Made by a program: the position numbers and the translations under genes
Shown here: positions 47,516-57,677 of the stretch, in pieces
Numbering within the stretch: position 1 is the first letter of the stretch
Layout: each line of letters begins with the position of its first letter
Notes under the pieces: model-generated
Told to the model about the DNA's origin: nothing
The model's input: the letters and a program-made list of their open reading frames with translations, nothing else
Databases searched by the model: none
Source of the DNA: an uncultured Vampirovibrio sp.
GTDB taxonomy: Bacteria > Cyanobacteriota > Vampirovibrionia > Gastranaerophilales > Gastranaerophilaceae
Length of the DNA: 64,000 bases
NCBI GenBank assembly: GCA_910584405.1
Contig: CAJUAL010000007.1
Span: 46,895-110,894 of the forward strand
Direction of reading: 5' to 3'

Positions 47516-48844
47516 TTATTCTCCAGGTTCAAGTAATGATATTACGGCATTGTTTATTGATAAATATTGTTTGATTGAATTATTTATATCATCAAGTGTA
47601 ATATTATCTAAATCTGAAAGATAATCCTCTACAAGCTTTAAATCGTCACAAACTGTCATATAATAACCAATTGTTTCACCGATTTCGGATACTGTTTCTG
47701 CTGCGTATGCAAAACGTGATTTAATACGTTTTTTAGCTTTGGTAAGCTCTTCATCAGTAATCGGAATATTTATCAGGTCTGCAAGCTCTTTTTTAACCAA
47801 TTCAACAGCTTTTTCTTTAAAGTCAGGATTAAAGTTTGCCTGAATAAAGAAGTTGTTACCGTCTTTAAATTGATAGTGTTCTGATGATACCATATTAAAG
47901 ATTTTTTCAGGTAATTTTTCTACAAGATTTTGGTTAAGTCTTGAACTTGAACCGTCACCAAAGATTATACTAACTAAATCCAGACATATTGTTTGTTTTA
48001 AGTCGCATGCCTTTGGACCTAACCAGCCAAACATCAGATATGAAGTTTGAACATTACCTTTTTCTTCTACATATTTTGTTTCAGAAACAGGTAAATCTAT
48101 TTCATTTAAGCGAGGTTCTGATTCTATTCTGTTTGGGAATGTGAATTTTTCACAAATAGTATTTAAAACTTCTTCATGATTAAAATCTCCGACAACAATT
48201 GTTGTTACGTTTTTCGGAGTGTAAAATTTTCTGTAATAATTATCAATATCTTCTCTTGATACTTGAGAAATAATCTCAGGAGTTCCTATTACATCACGCT
48301 TATATGGGTGATTAGTGTACATATTATGATTACAAGTGTTGTAAACTTTTGTCCAAGATTGATCTTTTCTCATTCTGATTTCTTCGATAACAACATGTCG
48401 TTCACGTTTATCTGTTACTGAATTATCGTTTATATCAAACGGAGCACCGAGTTCTTCTGCCGGAAATATCGGATCCATCATCATATCTGAGTGTAAATCC
48501 AATGCAAGATTAAAATCTTTGTTATCAACTCCTTTTGGCAGAGTTACATAATAAAAAGTGTAATCCTTCCATGTTGCAGCATTAACGATTGCCCCTTTAG
48601 ATTCAAGCATTCTGTCAAACTCGCCAACCTTAAATCTGTGGGTGCCTTTAAACATTAAATGTTCAAGGAAATGAGAAATTCCGTTATTATTGTTATCTTC
48701 ATTAATTGAACCCGTTTTAACCCAGGATGATACGTTTACCATATCACCTTCTTTGTGTGCCAATACTATTTTATGTCCGTTATCACGTTCATAGACTTCT
48801 ACTTCTTTTGTTAAAAACGGATAATTTACTAATGTTTTTTTCAT
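47516..48844 (-). CDS. M16 family (pitrilysin/insulinase-like) zinc peptidase
   Basis: HFLEHLMFKGT inverted zinc-binding motif HxxEH. 442 aa. Confidence 0.8.
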   Translation of the reverse strand: MKKTLVNYPFLTKEVEVYERDNGHKIVLAHKEGDMVNVSSWVKTGSINEDNNNNGISHFLEHLMFKGTHRFKVGEFDRMLESKGAIVNAATWKDYTFYYVTLPKGVDNKDFNLALDLHSDMMMDPIFPAEELGAPFDINDNSVTDKRERHVVIEEIRMRKDQSWTKVYNTCNHNMYTNHPYKRDVIGTPEIISQVSREDIDNYYRKFYTPKNVTTIVVGDFNHEEVLNTICEKFTFPNRIESEPRLNEIDLPVSETKYVEEKGNVQTSYLMFGWLGPKACDLKQTICLDLVSIIFGDGSSSRLNQNLVEKLPEKIFNMVSSEHYQFKDGNNFFIQANFNPDFKEKAVELVKKELADLINIPITDEELTKAKKRIKSRFAYAAETVSEIGETIGYYMTVCDDLKLVEDYLSDLDNITLDDINNSIKQYLSINNAVISLLEPGE

Positions 48845-48921
48845 ATAAAATTCCTCATCTCAAATTTGATACAATTATTATAACATAATGCAAAAAGTTT
48901 TGTTTAATATATAATTCATGT

Positions 48922-49614
48922 ATGAAGGATATTTTAAGACAAATTAAGGGAACCGTTGTTGTATCTGTACAGGCTATGCCGTCTGAGCCTTTATATCTTG
49001 AAAAATGTATGGCAGCAATGATGAAATCTGTTGTAACGGGCGGTGCTTCTGCGTTAAGAGTTGCAGGAGTAAGAGATGTGCGCAATGCAAAAAGACTTTT
49101 TGACGTCCCTGTAATAGGGTTGACTAAACCTAATGTAATCCCTAAAAATTGGAAAGAAATTGTTTATATTACGCCAACAATGCATGATGTTATTGATTTA
49201 ATACAGGCGGGAGCTGATATTGTTGCTTTTGACGGAACTTTGCGAAAACGTCCGAATAATGAAAAAATCGAAGATTTAATAAGATATATTCATGTACATA
49301 AAAGACTTGCTATGGCTGATATTTCAACTTTAGAAGAAGGTCTTGCGGCACAAAAAGCGGGAGCTGATATTCTATCAACAACCCTTGCAGGATATACTTT
49401 AGAATCTGCGGATTCACCAAAAGATGAACCTGATTTTGAACTTTTAAAACAGCTTGTTGAAAATACAAATCTCCCTGTAGTTTTGGAAGGAAGAATCTGG
49501 GAACCAGAGCAGGTTGATAGAGCTTTTGAGCTTGGCGCGCATTGTGTGGTAATAGGTTCAGCGATTACAAGACCTCAACTTATTACAAAACGTTTTGTTT
49601 TCAGGAAGGGATAA
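48922..49614 (+). CDS. nanE: N-acetylmannosamine-6-phosphate 2-epimerase
   Basis: GTVVVSVQAMPSEPLY...ASALRVAG...VIGLTK is the NanE pattern. 230 aa. Confidence 0.8.
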   Translation: MKDILRQIKGTVVVSVQAMPSEPLYLEKCMAAMMKSVVTGGASALRVAGVRDVRNAKRLFDVPVIGLTKPNVIPKNWKEIVYITPTMHDVIDLIQAGADIVAFDGTLRKRPNNEKIEDLIRYIHVHKRLAMADISTLEEGLAAQKAGADILSTTLAGYTLESADSPKDEPDFELLKQLVENTNLPVVLEGRIWEPEQVDRAFELGAHCVVIGSAITRPQLITKRFVFRKG

Positions 49615-49618
49615 TTTT

Positions 49619-50497
49619 ATGAAAAAAGCACTCGCACTTGACGTTGGCGGTACAAAAATATATAGTGCCATAATAAATGAAAATGGTGAAATTATCAGTG
49701 AAGTTGAAAAACACTCTACACCTAAAACTTTTGATGAAATTGAAAATGTATTTCGCAAAATAATTAAAAAACATGAAGATAATGTCGATGTAGTAGCCTT
49801 TTCAACCTGTGGAGCCGTTAATAATCAAAATGACGGGATTGTCGGTTCAACGGGGAACATTGCAAAAGAATACCCTTCTATGCAGTTTAAATCTCTTTCT
49901 AATAAACCTATATTTGTTGAAAATGATGCAAATTGCGCAGCTTGGGCTGAACATAAAATCGGTGCTTCAAAAGGTTATGCTGACTCTGTTATGTTAACTT
50001 TAGGAACAGGTGTTGGCGGCGGAATAATTGTTAATAACAAACTTTTAAAAGGTAAAAACGGTGCAGCAGGTGAAATGCATTTTAAAATGTACTCAGATAA
50101 GCGTAGAAAGTGTTCTTGCGGTTCTTGGGATTGTTTTGAAATATACGCATCAGGAAACGGTTTAAGATTAACCGCAGCAGAAATGTCAGGTAATCCTTCA
50201 ATTACTACATATGATGTTATAAACGGTGTTAACAACGGTGAAACTATGATGATAGATATTCTAAACCGCTGGCAGGAAGATATCTCAAACGGAATTATCG
50301 GACTTGCTAATATTTTTGATCCTGATTGTTTTGTATTATCAGGCTCAATGGCTGATTTTGTTGATACTGAAAGAATTGAAACCTCCGTTAATAATGAAAT
50401 AGTTACTACTCCGACAAAAATATTTAAAGCAACTACAGGTAATTATTCAGGTATGATTGGAGCTGCACTTTTAGCATTTGAGGTAAATAATGGGTAA
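49619..50497 (+). CDS. ROK family sugar kinase (N-acetylmannosamine/glucose kinase-like)
   Basis: LALDVGGTKIYSAII, ENDANCAAWAE, GTGVGGGII, and the Cys zinc motif CSCGSWDC. The start was set at MKKALALD after a GGAAGGGA RBS. Confidence 0.8.
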   Translation: MKKALALDVGGTKIYSAIINENGEIISEVEKHSTPKTFDEIENVFRKIIKKHEDNVDVVAFSTCGAVNNQNDGIVGSTGNIAKEYPSMQFKSLSNKPIFVENDANCAAWAEHKIGASKGYADSVMLTLGTGVGGGIIVNNKLLKGKNGAAGEMHFKMYSDKRRKCSCGSWDCFEIYASGNGLRLTAAEMSGNPSITTYDVINGVNNGETMMIDILNRWQEDISNGIIGLANIFDPDCFVLSGSMADFVDTERIETSVNNEIVTTPTKIFKATTGNYSGMIGAALLAFEVNNG

Positions 50498-50717
50498 ATC
50501 AAAATCAAGAATCCTTCGTAAAGGTATTAATAACCAATTTACCAGCATGACACGCGAAAATGCAATTTCTGAAACAGCAAAGCTTCTTAACGCCAATAAT
50601 ATTACAGATGCCAGAAATTTAATTACAATGTTTGGTCTGTCAGCTGAAGAAGTTCTAGAGTCCGGAGCAAGCTATGAGGCTGTTGTTTCATTAAAAAATA
50701 TATTTAAGGACTCTTAA
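50490..50717 (+). CDS. Hypothetical small protein (75 aa)
   Basis: ORF overlapping the ROK stop by 8 nt and ending 2 nt before the UbiA gene. No motif recognised. Confidence 0.35.
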   Translation: MGKSKSRILRKGINNQFTSMTRENAISETAKLLNANNITDARNLITMFGLSAEEVLESGASYEAVVSLKNIFKDS

Positions 50718-50719
50718 GA

Positions 50720-51667
50720 ATGGTAAAAAGCATTATATTTTGGCTAAATTGTGCAAGAGTTTATTCTCTGCCTATTACGGTTTTAAACTGGCTTGTTATT
50801 TTTCTTTATTCGATTAAATCAGGTGGTAATGCTTTGTTAGGCGTGATTGCATTGTTTGGAATCGGACTTGTCCATATGGCAACAAATCTGTTAGACGATT
50901 ATTTTGACTATAAAGATGAAAAATATATGCGCTCTTCCCAAAATTGTAAATGCGCTTATCTTAAATCAGGTGAAGCAACTGTTAAAGATTTAAAAAATGC
51001 AATAATAATATTTTTATCTGTTGCCGCTTTGATTGGCTGCTTTTTATTCTTTAAATCAGGTGTTTATGTTGCCTTACTCGCTCTTATTGGGCTTCTGATT
51101 GCTATTACCTACCAAAAGTTTTCAATAAACGGGCTTGGCGAAATAGCTATTATTATTGCTTACGGTCCGTTATTATATGAAGGTGTATATTATGTAATGA
51201 CAGGAAAATTTTCTTGGGTAGTATGCTTGTTGTCGCTGTCTTGCGCATTTATTACAAATACAATACTGTATGTTCATATGTTAATGGATTTTGACGGAGA
51301 TTTTGCCGCTGAGAAAAAAACTCTGTGTACAACATTAAAAACTAAAAATAATGCTCTTAAAGCTCTTGGAGGTTTTTATTTTATCGGTTTCATACTATTG
51401 TTAACTTTTGCATTTGTAATAAAAGATTTTTGGCTTCTTTTAACTCTTTTGATTCTTCCTGAAATCTTTGATTTATATAACAGCATGAAAAAATTCAATC
51501 AAGATAAACAAAGCATGCCTAAAATTTACCCTTGGCATTACCCGCTTGATAACTGGAAAACTATTGAAAACACTAAAGATGCACCGTTTTATTTCAGGTT
51601 TTTCTATTCTCGTAATATTGTAACTTTATTCATGCTTTTAGTGTGTATTTCTATTCTTATAGGTTAA
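50720..51667 (+). CDS. UbiA family prenyltransferase (MenA-like)
   Basis: NLLDDYFDYKDE (NxxDxxxD) plus 8-9 TM helices. Confidence 0.75.
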   Translation: MVKSIIFWLNCARVYSLPITVLNWLVIFLYSIKSGGNALLGVIALFGIGLVHMATNLLDDYFDYKDEKYMRSSQNCKCAYLKSGEATVKDLKNAIIIFLSVAALIGCFLFFKSGVYVALLALIGLLIAITYQKFSINGLGEIAIIIAYGPLLYEGVYYVMTGKFSWVVCLLSLSCAFITNTILYVHMLMDFDGDFAAEKKTLCTTLKTKNNALKALGGFYFIGFILLLTFAFVIKDFWLLLTLLILPEIFDLYNSMKKFNQDKQSMPKIYPWHYPLDNWKTIENTKDAPFYFRFFYSRNIVTLFMLLVCISILIG

Positions 51668-51831
51668 ATATTAAGTTTTGTAAATTACTAACACATGACT
51701 AAAACTCACTAATATCAAGAAATTCTTAAACTTGTATATATTTGGTATATAAAATTTAGCACTTTTTATATACTTAAATCCTTTATATATATGTAAGCCT
51801 TAAGCGAATAGATAATAAAAAAGGAGAATAT

Positions 51832-52020
51832 ATGGCCAGAGTACTAATTTCAATGCCGGAAGATTTTTTAAACAGGATTGATCAGATTGCAGACGGAGAG
51901 AACCGTTCAAGAAGTGAGCTTATCAGAGAAGCTTTAAGGACGTATATCTATAAGCAAAGGATTAAAGAATCAACAGGTGCAATGCAAAATGCTAACTTGT
52001 TAGAATCGTTGTTGGGATAA
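51832..52020 (+). CDS. Ribbon-helix-helix (CopG/Arc/MetJ family) DNA-binding protein, solo
   Basis: MARVLISMPEDFLNRIDQIADGENRSRSELIREALRTY is the classic RHH beta-strand plus two helices. AAAAAGGAGAATAT RBS. Confidence 0.65.
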   Translation: MARVLISMPEDFLNRIDQIADGENRSRSELIREALRTYIYKQRIKESTGAMQNANLLESLLG

Positions 52021-52064
52021 TCAAAGGTTAAGGAAAAAGCGAAAGATTTGGGACAAACATTATA

Positions 52065-52099
52065 GAAGCCCTCGGTAATCGGGGGCTTCTATATTTTTA
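52065..52099. terminator. Terminator between the RHH gene and the convergent GH38 gene
   Basis: GAAGCCC-loop-GGGCTTC hairpin followed by TATATTTTT. Confidence 0.55.
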
Positions 52100-52107
52100 A
52101 GATATTT

Positions 52108-54180
52108 TTAAAACAGTATTGTTTGCGGATAAACTGCTTCAACGTAATTTGCCCAATCTTTTATCGGGAAAAATCCGAAAGATATTTCTGCACTGTTTTC
52201 ACCTAATTGCTGAAGCGCGGGAGTTTCTATCGGTGGTCCTGCCGGTGTTGTTCTTGCAGGATTTTTCGGGTTAGAAATTATTCCTGTACTTCTTAGTAGT
52301 GTTATAAGAAGTGAATTTTGCTTAACTTCATATTCTGTTAAACCGCTTGTTATAAATCCGCAACCTTGAGTCCATGCAAAGCGCTGCATTGGAGCTGTAT
52401 TTGTTTTAACCTCTAAACCTCTTTGGGTTGGTAAATTTTCTCTAATATCATACTCAGAATCAAATTTACGTTTTATTAGCAGATTCATATCTTCCGAATG
52501 AACTTCTGTTACAGATTTAGGGAAGTTAAATTTAACCTGCCAAAGCTTGTTAGTAAGCAGGTTTAACCACTTAAACTTCATATTAATCAATTTAGAACGT
52601 TTATCTATTGAAACGTCGACATTAAAAAATGATGTTTTTATTCTTAATGTCATACGTAACTTTCCGTCAAGAATAACTTTTGCCGATTTTATTTGAGCAT
52701 ATTCATAATTATCATTTTTTACGGGTCCGAAGTTATAACTGTCGCCTTTGTCATTACATCTTACAAACTCAATAAAATTCTTGTAACACTTTGCTTTATC
52801 ATAAATATTCAGTTTACCGTCTTCAATTTCAAGTCTTATGTTTGAATTAAAAATATTTGTGTCATCTGCATGCAAGTCGGATTCAGAATCATCTTTATTA
52901 AATTCTTTAATTACCGTGTAAATTGTTGTATAATCTTCAGTTACAGGTATTTTATCAGTATTATAGAGTAACTCTTTCGGGAAACCTTTGCGTTTTGATA
53001 TAACCTGCTCTGTTTCTGAATCAACAACAGTTCTTTCTGCTGTCAGAATTTTATACTTATCGGCATTTTTAAAACTTATTGAAAGGTCTTCGGGCTGATT
53101 ATACGTAATTTCGTTAAAAATAGTATCTGCAATTTGCAGAATTTTTTTATAACGAATAATATTTTCTTCATGCACATTATCTTTTGAACAACCGCAAATA
53201 CTGTCATGCGCTTGATTCTGTAATAGAAGCCTGTAAGCATATTCTATCGCATTATCATAATTTGAACCAAAGTTATATTGTAGTTTGTCAGCCAAATCCA
53301 ATTTGTAAGAGCATAGTGTATTTAGCTGTTTTAAATCCATACGTGAAGAGTATGAACCCTGTAAAATAAATGTTTTTGAGTTATCACGAAGCTCATCATT
53401 ATGCTTATGTTTAAATTTTACTTTATCAAAATATTCAAATAAGGAACCGAGCTTAATTTCATAATCGTCTAAAAGCAAATTAACAGCTTCAATTTGTTCT
53501 GAGATATCTTCAGGAACCCCCAAATGGTCTGCTCCGATTGGTAGGAGTAATGTATCACCTGATTTTTCTGCTATTTTATCTAAATTTGACTTAAGAAAAT
53601 CTGCTTTTTCTTCAATTGATTTTTCTGCAGAAAAAATATCCATAAAATAACCGCGAACAAGGTTAACAGTATTAACTCCGTTAAATATAAATTCAGACGG
53701 TAAATCTCCGCAGCCGCGCCATACAACAGCTTTATCAATACCATACTCTTTTAGAATTTCGGGAATATTTTGACTGTGTCCGAATGTATCTGCAAGATAT
53801 GCAATATAATTTTTACATCCGAACTCTCTTGCTATTTTTAACCCTATTTCAATGTTCTTTCTAAAACAAATACCGTCAGTTAAAAATTCATCTACAAGAC
53901 AGTAAAAAGGCCCAATAAAGAGTTTTTTCTGCCCTACAAGCATTCTTATTAAGTCTTCTTTTTCAGGTCTTAATTCCAAATAATCAAGCAACGCTGATAC
54001 TTGTCCGTCAAGGTAAAAAGACGGAATTTTATCGTTTAAAAGCATTTCTAAAACATTATCTATAACTCTTATCAGTCTTAACCTGAAAACTTCATATTCC
54101 TGATACCACTCTCTGTCCCAGTGAGTATGAATATATGCAATTACTTCTTTTTTCTTCTTATTATTTTTTTGATTAAACAT
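52108..54180 (-). CDS. Glycoside hydrolase family 38 (alpha-mannosidase / mannosylglycerate hydrolase-like)
   Basis: N-terminal IAYIHTHWDREWYQ is diagnostic of GH38 (compare E. coli MngB HMHWDREWY). 690 aa. Confidence 0.75.
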   Translation of the reverse strand: MFNQKNNKKKKEVIAYIHTHWDREWYQEYEVFRLRLIRVIDNVLEMLLNDKIPSFYLDGQVSALLDYLELRPEKEDLIRMLVGQKKLFIGPFYCLVDEFLTDGICFRKNIEIGLKIAREFGCKNYIAYLADTFGHSQNIPEILKEYGIDKAVVWRGCGDLPSEFIFNGVNTVNLVRGYFMDIFSAEKSIEEKADFLKSNLDKIAEKSGDTLLLPIGADHLGVPEDISEQIEAVNLLLDDYEIKLGSLFEYFDKVKFKHKHNDELRDNSKTFILQGSYSSRMDLKQLNTLCSYKLDLADKLQYNFGSNYDNAIEYAYRLLLQNQAHDSICGCSKDNVHEENIIRYKKILQIADTIFNEITYNQPEDLSISFKNADKYKILTAERTVVDSETEQVISKRKGFPKELLYNTDKIPVTEDYTTIYTVIKEFNKDDSESDLHADDTNIFNSNIRLEIEDGKLNIYDKAKCYKNFIEFVRCNDKGDSYNFGPVKNDNYEYAQIKSAKVILDGKLRMTLRIKTSFFNVDVSIDKRSKLINMKFKWLNLLTNKLWQVKFNFPKSVTEVHSEDMNLLIKRKFDSEYDIRENLPTQRGLEVKTNTAPMQRFAWTQGCGFITSGLTEYEVKQNSLLITLLRSTGIISNPKNPARTTPAGPPIETPALQQLGENSAEISFGFFPIKDWANYVEAVYPQTILF

Positions 54181-54293
54181 AACAAAATAATAGCACTTTG
54201 ATAAGAATATGGCTAATTGTTAAGATTACCCGAATGCGGAATGAAATATTTATTATTAGCTCCTAGTATTGCTTTAACAAGGTGAGGTAAATT

Positions 54294-54824
54294 ATGAAAA
54301 AATTTTTAGCAATCAGTTTTATTTTAACAATTTTTGTTAGTTTGTCATTACAAGCAAATGCTGCAACAAGAACAATAAGACAAGTATATAATGTTCCTAA
54401 TCAAAATTATAACTACAGTAATATTAATCCTTATACAAACGATTTATCAAAAATTGAGGATTATCTTTTTGGCAGAACATATAGAGGTGAAACTCCCGAA
54501 GTTCGTTTAAACCGAATTGAAAAGAACTTGTTTAACAGAACCTATCCGTCTTTAAATTTAGCACAGAGAATGAATAATGCACTTGAAAACTACAGAGATG
54601 ACTATTATAACAGAAACTACTTAACACAATACGCAAACACTCCAACCGCACGTATCAGAAATCGTTTTGTAGGGCAACCGACCGGTTTTACTCCGCCGAT
54701 TATGAACTTACCGTTTGGTCCGTCATTTTCAGGAATAAACCAATCTTTCTCATCTAACAGAGGTTACGGCTATAATAATTACATTCCTGCAAATACCGGA
54801 ATGGGTGTACATATATTAAATTAA
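54294..54824 (+). CDS. Secreted hypothetical protein with an internal LF.RTY repeat
   Basis: Signal peptide MKKFLAISFILTIFVSLSLQANA. Duplicated motif YLFGRTYRGETPEVRLNRIEKNLFNRTYPSLNLAQRMNNALE. Confidence 0.5.
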   Translation: MKKFLAISFILTIFVSLSLQANAATRTIRQVYNVPNQNYNYSNINPYTNDLSKIEDYLFGRTYRGETPEVRLNRIEKNLFNRTYPSLNLAQRMNNALENYRDDYYNRNYLTQYANTPTARIRNRFVGQPTGFTPPIMNLPFGPSFSGINQSFSSNRGYGYNNYIPANTGMGVHILN

Positions 54825-54896
54825 TATTAATGACTTAAAATCTTGCTATTTTAATGATACTATATATATTGTAGTTATAGATGGGAGAAGTACAAT

Positions 54897-56741
54897 ATGT
54901 GCGGTATCGTTGGATATGTAGGGAATAAACCCGCAATTGATATATTATTAGACGGATTAGAACAGTTAGAATACAGAGGTTATGACTCATCAGGAGTTGC
55001 GCTTAAGTGTTCGGATTCAATAAAACTTTATAAAGCAGAAGGCAAGTTGAAAAACTTAAGAGAAGAACTTGCTCCGCATGCTTACGAGTTAACAAAATCA
55101 ACAACGGGTATCGGGCATATCCGCTGGGCAACACACGGAGCTCCGACAGTTGTTAATGCTCACCCGCATACTTGTAATTGCGGTAATCTTGTTGTTGTTC
55201 ATAACGGAATTATTGAAAATTATAAAGAATTAAGAGCAGAACTTGAAGCTAAAGGCTGTAAATTCAAATCTCAAACTGATACAGAAACAGTTGCTCACCT
55301 TGTAGCGTCTGTTTATGCAGAAGTTAAAGATCTTAAAAAAGCTGTACAAGCAGCTACTAAAAAACTTCAAGGGGCTTACGCTTTATGCATAATGCATAAC
55401 AGCGAACCTAATAAAATTGTAGCAACAAAACGAAATGCCCCACTTATTGTCGGTGTTGGTGAAAACGAATTTTATGTTGCATCAGATGTTCCGGCATTTA
55501 TTAAGCATACAAAACGTGCAATCTATTTAAACGATAATCAGGTTGTAACACTTACTTCAAACTCAATCGAGCTTGAAGATGAATCAGGTAATATTCTTAC
55601 TCCAAAGGTTGAGTTACTACCTTGGGAGCCTGTAGCATTAAGCAAAATGGGTTACAAACACTTTATGCTTAAAGAAATTCATGAGCAGCCTGACGTTATC
55701 AGAAATATTTTAGTCGGAAAACTTCATACATCAGATTCTGATATTGTATTAGATGAAGTTAAACTGACAAAAGAAACTCTAAAAAACTTAAACAGAATCC
55801 AAATAATCGCTTGCGGAACATCTTTGCATGCCGCAATGATTGGTAAATATATTATTGAAAATTTCTGTGAAATTCCTGTTGACGTTGAAGCTTCAAGTGA
55901 ATATATTTACAGAAAAACCGTAACAGATGAACATACTCTTGTTATAGGTGTTTCTCAATCCGGAGAAACTGCTGATACTTTAACAGCAATAAAACAATCA
56001 AAAGCAAGAGGTTCTCACATTTTGATTATAACTAACCGTCCTGATAGTGCTATGGCTAGAGAAGCGGACAGTTTAGTTCCTGTTAACGCAGGTATTGAAG
56101 TTTCTGTTGCAGCTACTAAGTCTTATATTGCTCAGTTAACTTCCTTCTATCTTTTAGCTTTATATATGGCAGAAGTTAAAGGAACAATGGCAAAATCTGA
56201 TTTGACAAGCTTAAAATCAGAAATTCTTCAACTTCCGCAAAAAATTGAACAAATTCTTGCTCATAAAGAAAATATTCAAGCTTGCGCAAGAAAATATGCA
56301 AATACAAGAGATTTTATCTATATCGCAAGAGGAATTAATTACCCGACTGCGTTAGAAGGTGCTTTAAAACTGAAAGAAATCAGCTATATTAACGCAACAG
56401 GATATCCGGCAGGGGAATTAAAACACGGTCCGATTGCAATGCTTGATGAAACAATGCCTGTATTATCAATACTTATGAACGGAACTGTTTACGAAAAACT
56501 TCTGTCAAACAGTGAAGAAGCAAAAGCAAGAAATGCAAGAATGATTGCTCTGACAAACTCTGATGATGCAAAATTAGATGATTTGTTTGACTATATTATA
56601 AAAGTTCCAAATGTAACCGAACTTTTATCACCAATTATAGCAATGATTCCGCTTCAATTAATTGCATACTATATTGCAGAATTTTTAGGTAAAGACGTTG
56701 ACCAACCTAGAAACCTTGCAAAATCAGTAACAGTAGAATAA
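54897..56741 (+). CDS. glmS: Glutamine--fructose-6-phosphate aminotransferase
   Basis: MCGIVGYVG N-terminal nucleophile, two SIS domains, C-terminal ...KSVTVE. Confidence 0.95.
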   Translation: MCGIVGYVGNKPAIDILLDGLEQLEYRGYDSSGVALKCSDSIKLYKAEGKLKNLREELAPHAYELTKSTTGIGHIRWATHGAPTVVNAHPHTCNCGNLVVVHNGIIENYKELRAELEAKGCKFKSQTDTETVAHLVASVYAEVKDLKKAVQAATKKLQGAYALCIMHNSEPNKIVATKRNAPLIVGVGENEFYVASDVPAFIKHTKRAIYLNDNQVVTLTSNSIELEDESGNILTPKVELLPWEPVALSKMGYKHFMLKEIHEQPDVIRNILVGKLHTSDSDIVLDEVKLTKETLKNLNRIQIIACGTSLHAAMIGKYIIENFCEIPVDVEASSEYIYRKTVTDEHTLVIGVSQSGETADTLTAIKQSKARGSHILIITNRPDSAMAREADSLVPVNAGIEVSVAATKSYIAQLTSFYLLALYMAEVKGTMAKSDLTSLKSEILQLPQKIEQILAHKENIQACARKYANTRDFIYIARGINYPTALEGALKLKEISYINATGYPAGELKHGPIAMLDETMPVLSILMNGTVYEKLLSNSEEAKARNARMIALTNSDDAKLDDLFDYIIKVPNVTELLSPIIAMIPLQLIAYYIAEFLGKDVDQPRNLAKSVTVE

Positions 56742-56751
56742 GGAATAAAAA

Positions 56752-56901
56752 TGATACGTTCTGATATCATATTCTTAGACTCAGGTTTAACCAGAGAAGA
56801 AATTGAAAAACAGTTAGCCGATAAGTGCGGCGAAGTCATTCGCTGGGCAATTATCGGCATAACTGATAATAAATTAAAAATATGCGTATCTACACTACAA
56901 T
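56752..56901 (+). CDS. Possible unannotated 49-aa ORF immediately downstream of glmS
   Basis: AAGGAATAAAAATG RBS 10 nt after the glmS stop. MIRSDIIFLDSGLTREEIEKQLADKCGEVIRWAIIGITDNKLKICVSTLQ. Overlaps the convergent 143-aa gene by 12 nt. Confidence 0.3.
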
Positions 56902-57321
56902 AATTTTTTGAGCTTGTTCTCGTTCTGCTATTTGTTCATATTTTTTATCAATTTGACCTGCATTGTATGCACGTTTAGAAAGTTGATTGATTAACCATAT
57001 AGCGCCGCCACCAACTAGCCCTGCGGCACCAAACTTACCAGGATTATTCAAAACTTTTGATAACAAACCTGTGCCGAAGCCTTTTTTGAATACTTTTTCT
57101 GCTAAGAATTTACCAACAGTACCAATACCTTTACCAATTGCAGTTGCGGTTTTTGTTAATAAATCAGGTTTTAGCGCTCCTACAACACCTGTTGCACCAA
57201 TTGCAGCTAAAGCCGGTGCTCCATATCTAAAATTGTTTTTTGCATGTTCTTTTGCGCGATTAATACGATTGTCAATACTTCCATAGTTCACGGTTTGTGC
57301 CGCGTTAATAGCTCCTACCAT
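56890..57321 (-). CDS. Gly/Ala-rich (glycine-zipper-like) hypothetical protein
   Basis: APALAAIGATGVVGALK...GKGIGTVGKF...GAAGLVGGGAIWL. The composition resembles the C-terminus of the 4338-4688 protein. Confidence 0.5.
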   Translation of the reverse strand: MVGAINAAQTVNYGSIDNRINRAKEHAKNNFRYGAPALAAIGATGVVGALKPDLLTKTATAIGKGIGTVGKFLAEKVFKKGFGTGLLSKVLNNPGKFGAAGLVGGGAIWLINQLSKRAYNAGQIDKKYEQIAEREQAQKIIVV

Positions 57322-57419
57322 ATAATTACCTTCCTTTTTAAAATAAAAATAACCTACTCTTATATAAAGTTTTTGAAGAGGTAAAAATTGATTTTTTTAA
57401 GCTATTTAATTAACATATC

Positions 57420-57605
57420 TTAATAATCATTTAAAGCAATAGCATTAACAGGGCAGTTAATAGCCGCATCAATACATAAGTCTTCGGTATCATCTATACG
57501 ATTTGCATTAATAATAGCTTTAGAACCTTGAATATCAAAAACCTCAGGATTTATAATCGCGCATGCTCCACATCCTACACAGGTATTTAAAATACTTATA
57601 TACAT
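57420..57605 (-). CDS. 4Fe-4S ferredoxin (single-cluster type)
   Basis: CVGCGAC...CP motif. The start was set at MYISIL, preceded by GGAGGG. 61 aa. Confidence 0.75.
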   Translation of the reverse strand: MYISILNTCVGCGACAIINPEVFDIQGSKAIINANRIDDTEDLCIDAAINCPVNAIALNDY

Positions 57606-57677
57606 TAAAAAGCCCTCCATTTTCTGTTATTATGGAGGACTTTTTTGTAAATTTAAACAGTAATAAGTCTAATTTTA

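Noticed and set aside
52108-54180. The HTHWDREW motif as a GH57 (H.HQP) amylase signature
   Set aside because: The spacing and the following WY match GH38 (HxHWDREWY, as in MngB), not GH57.
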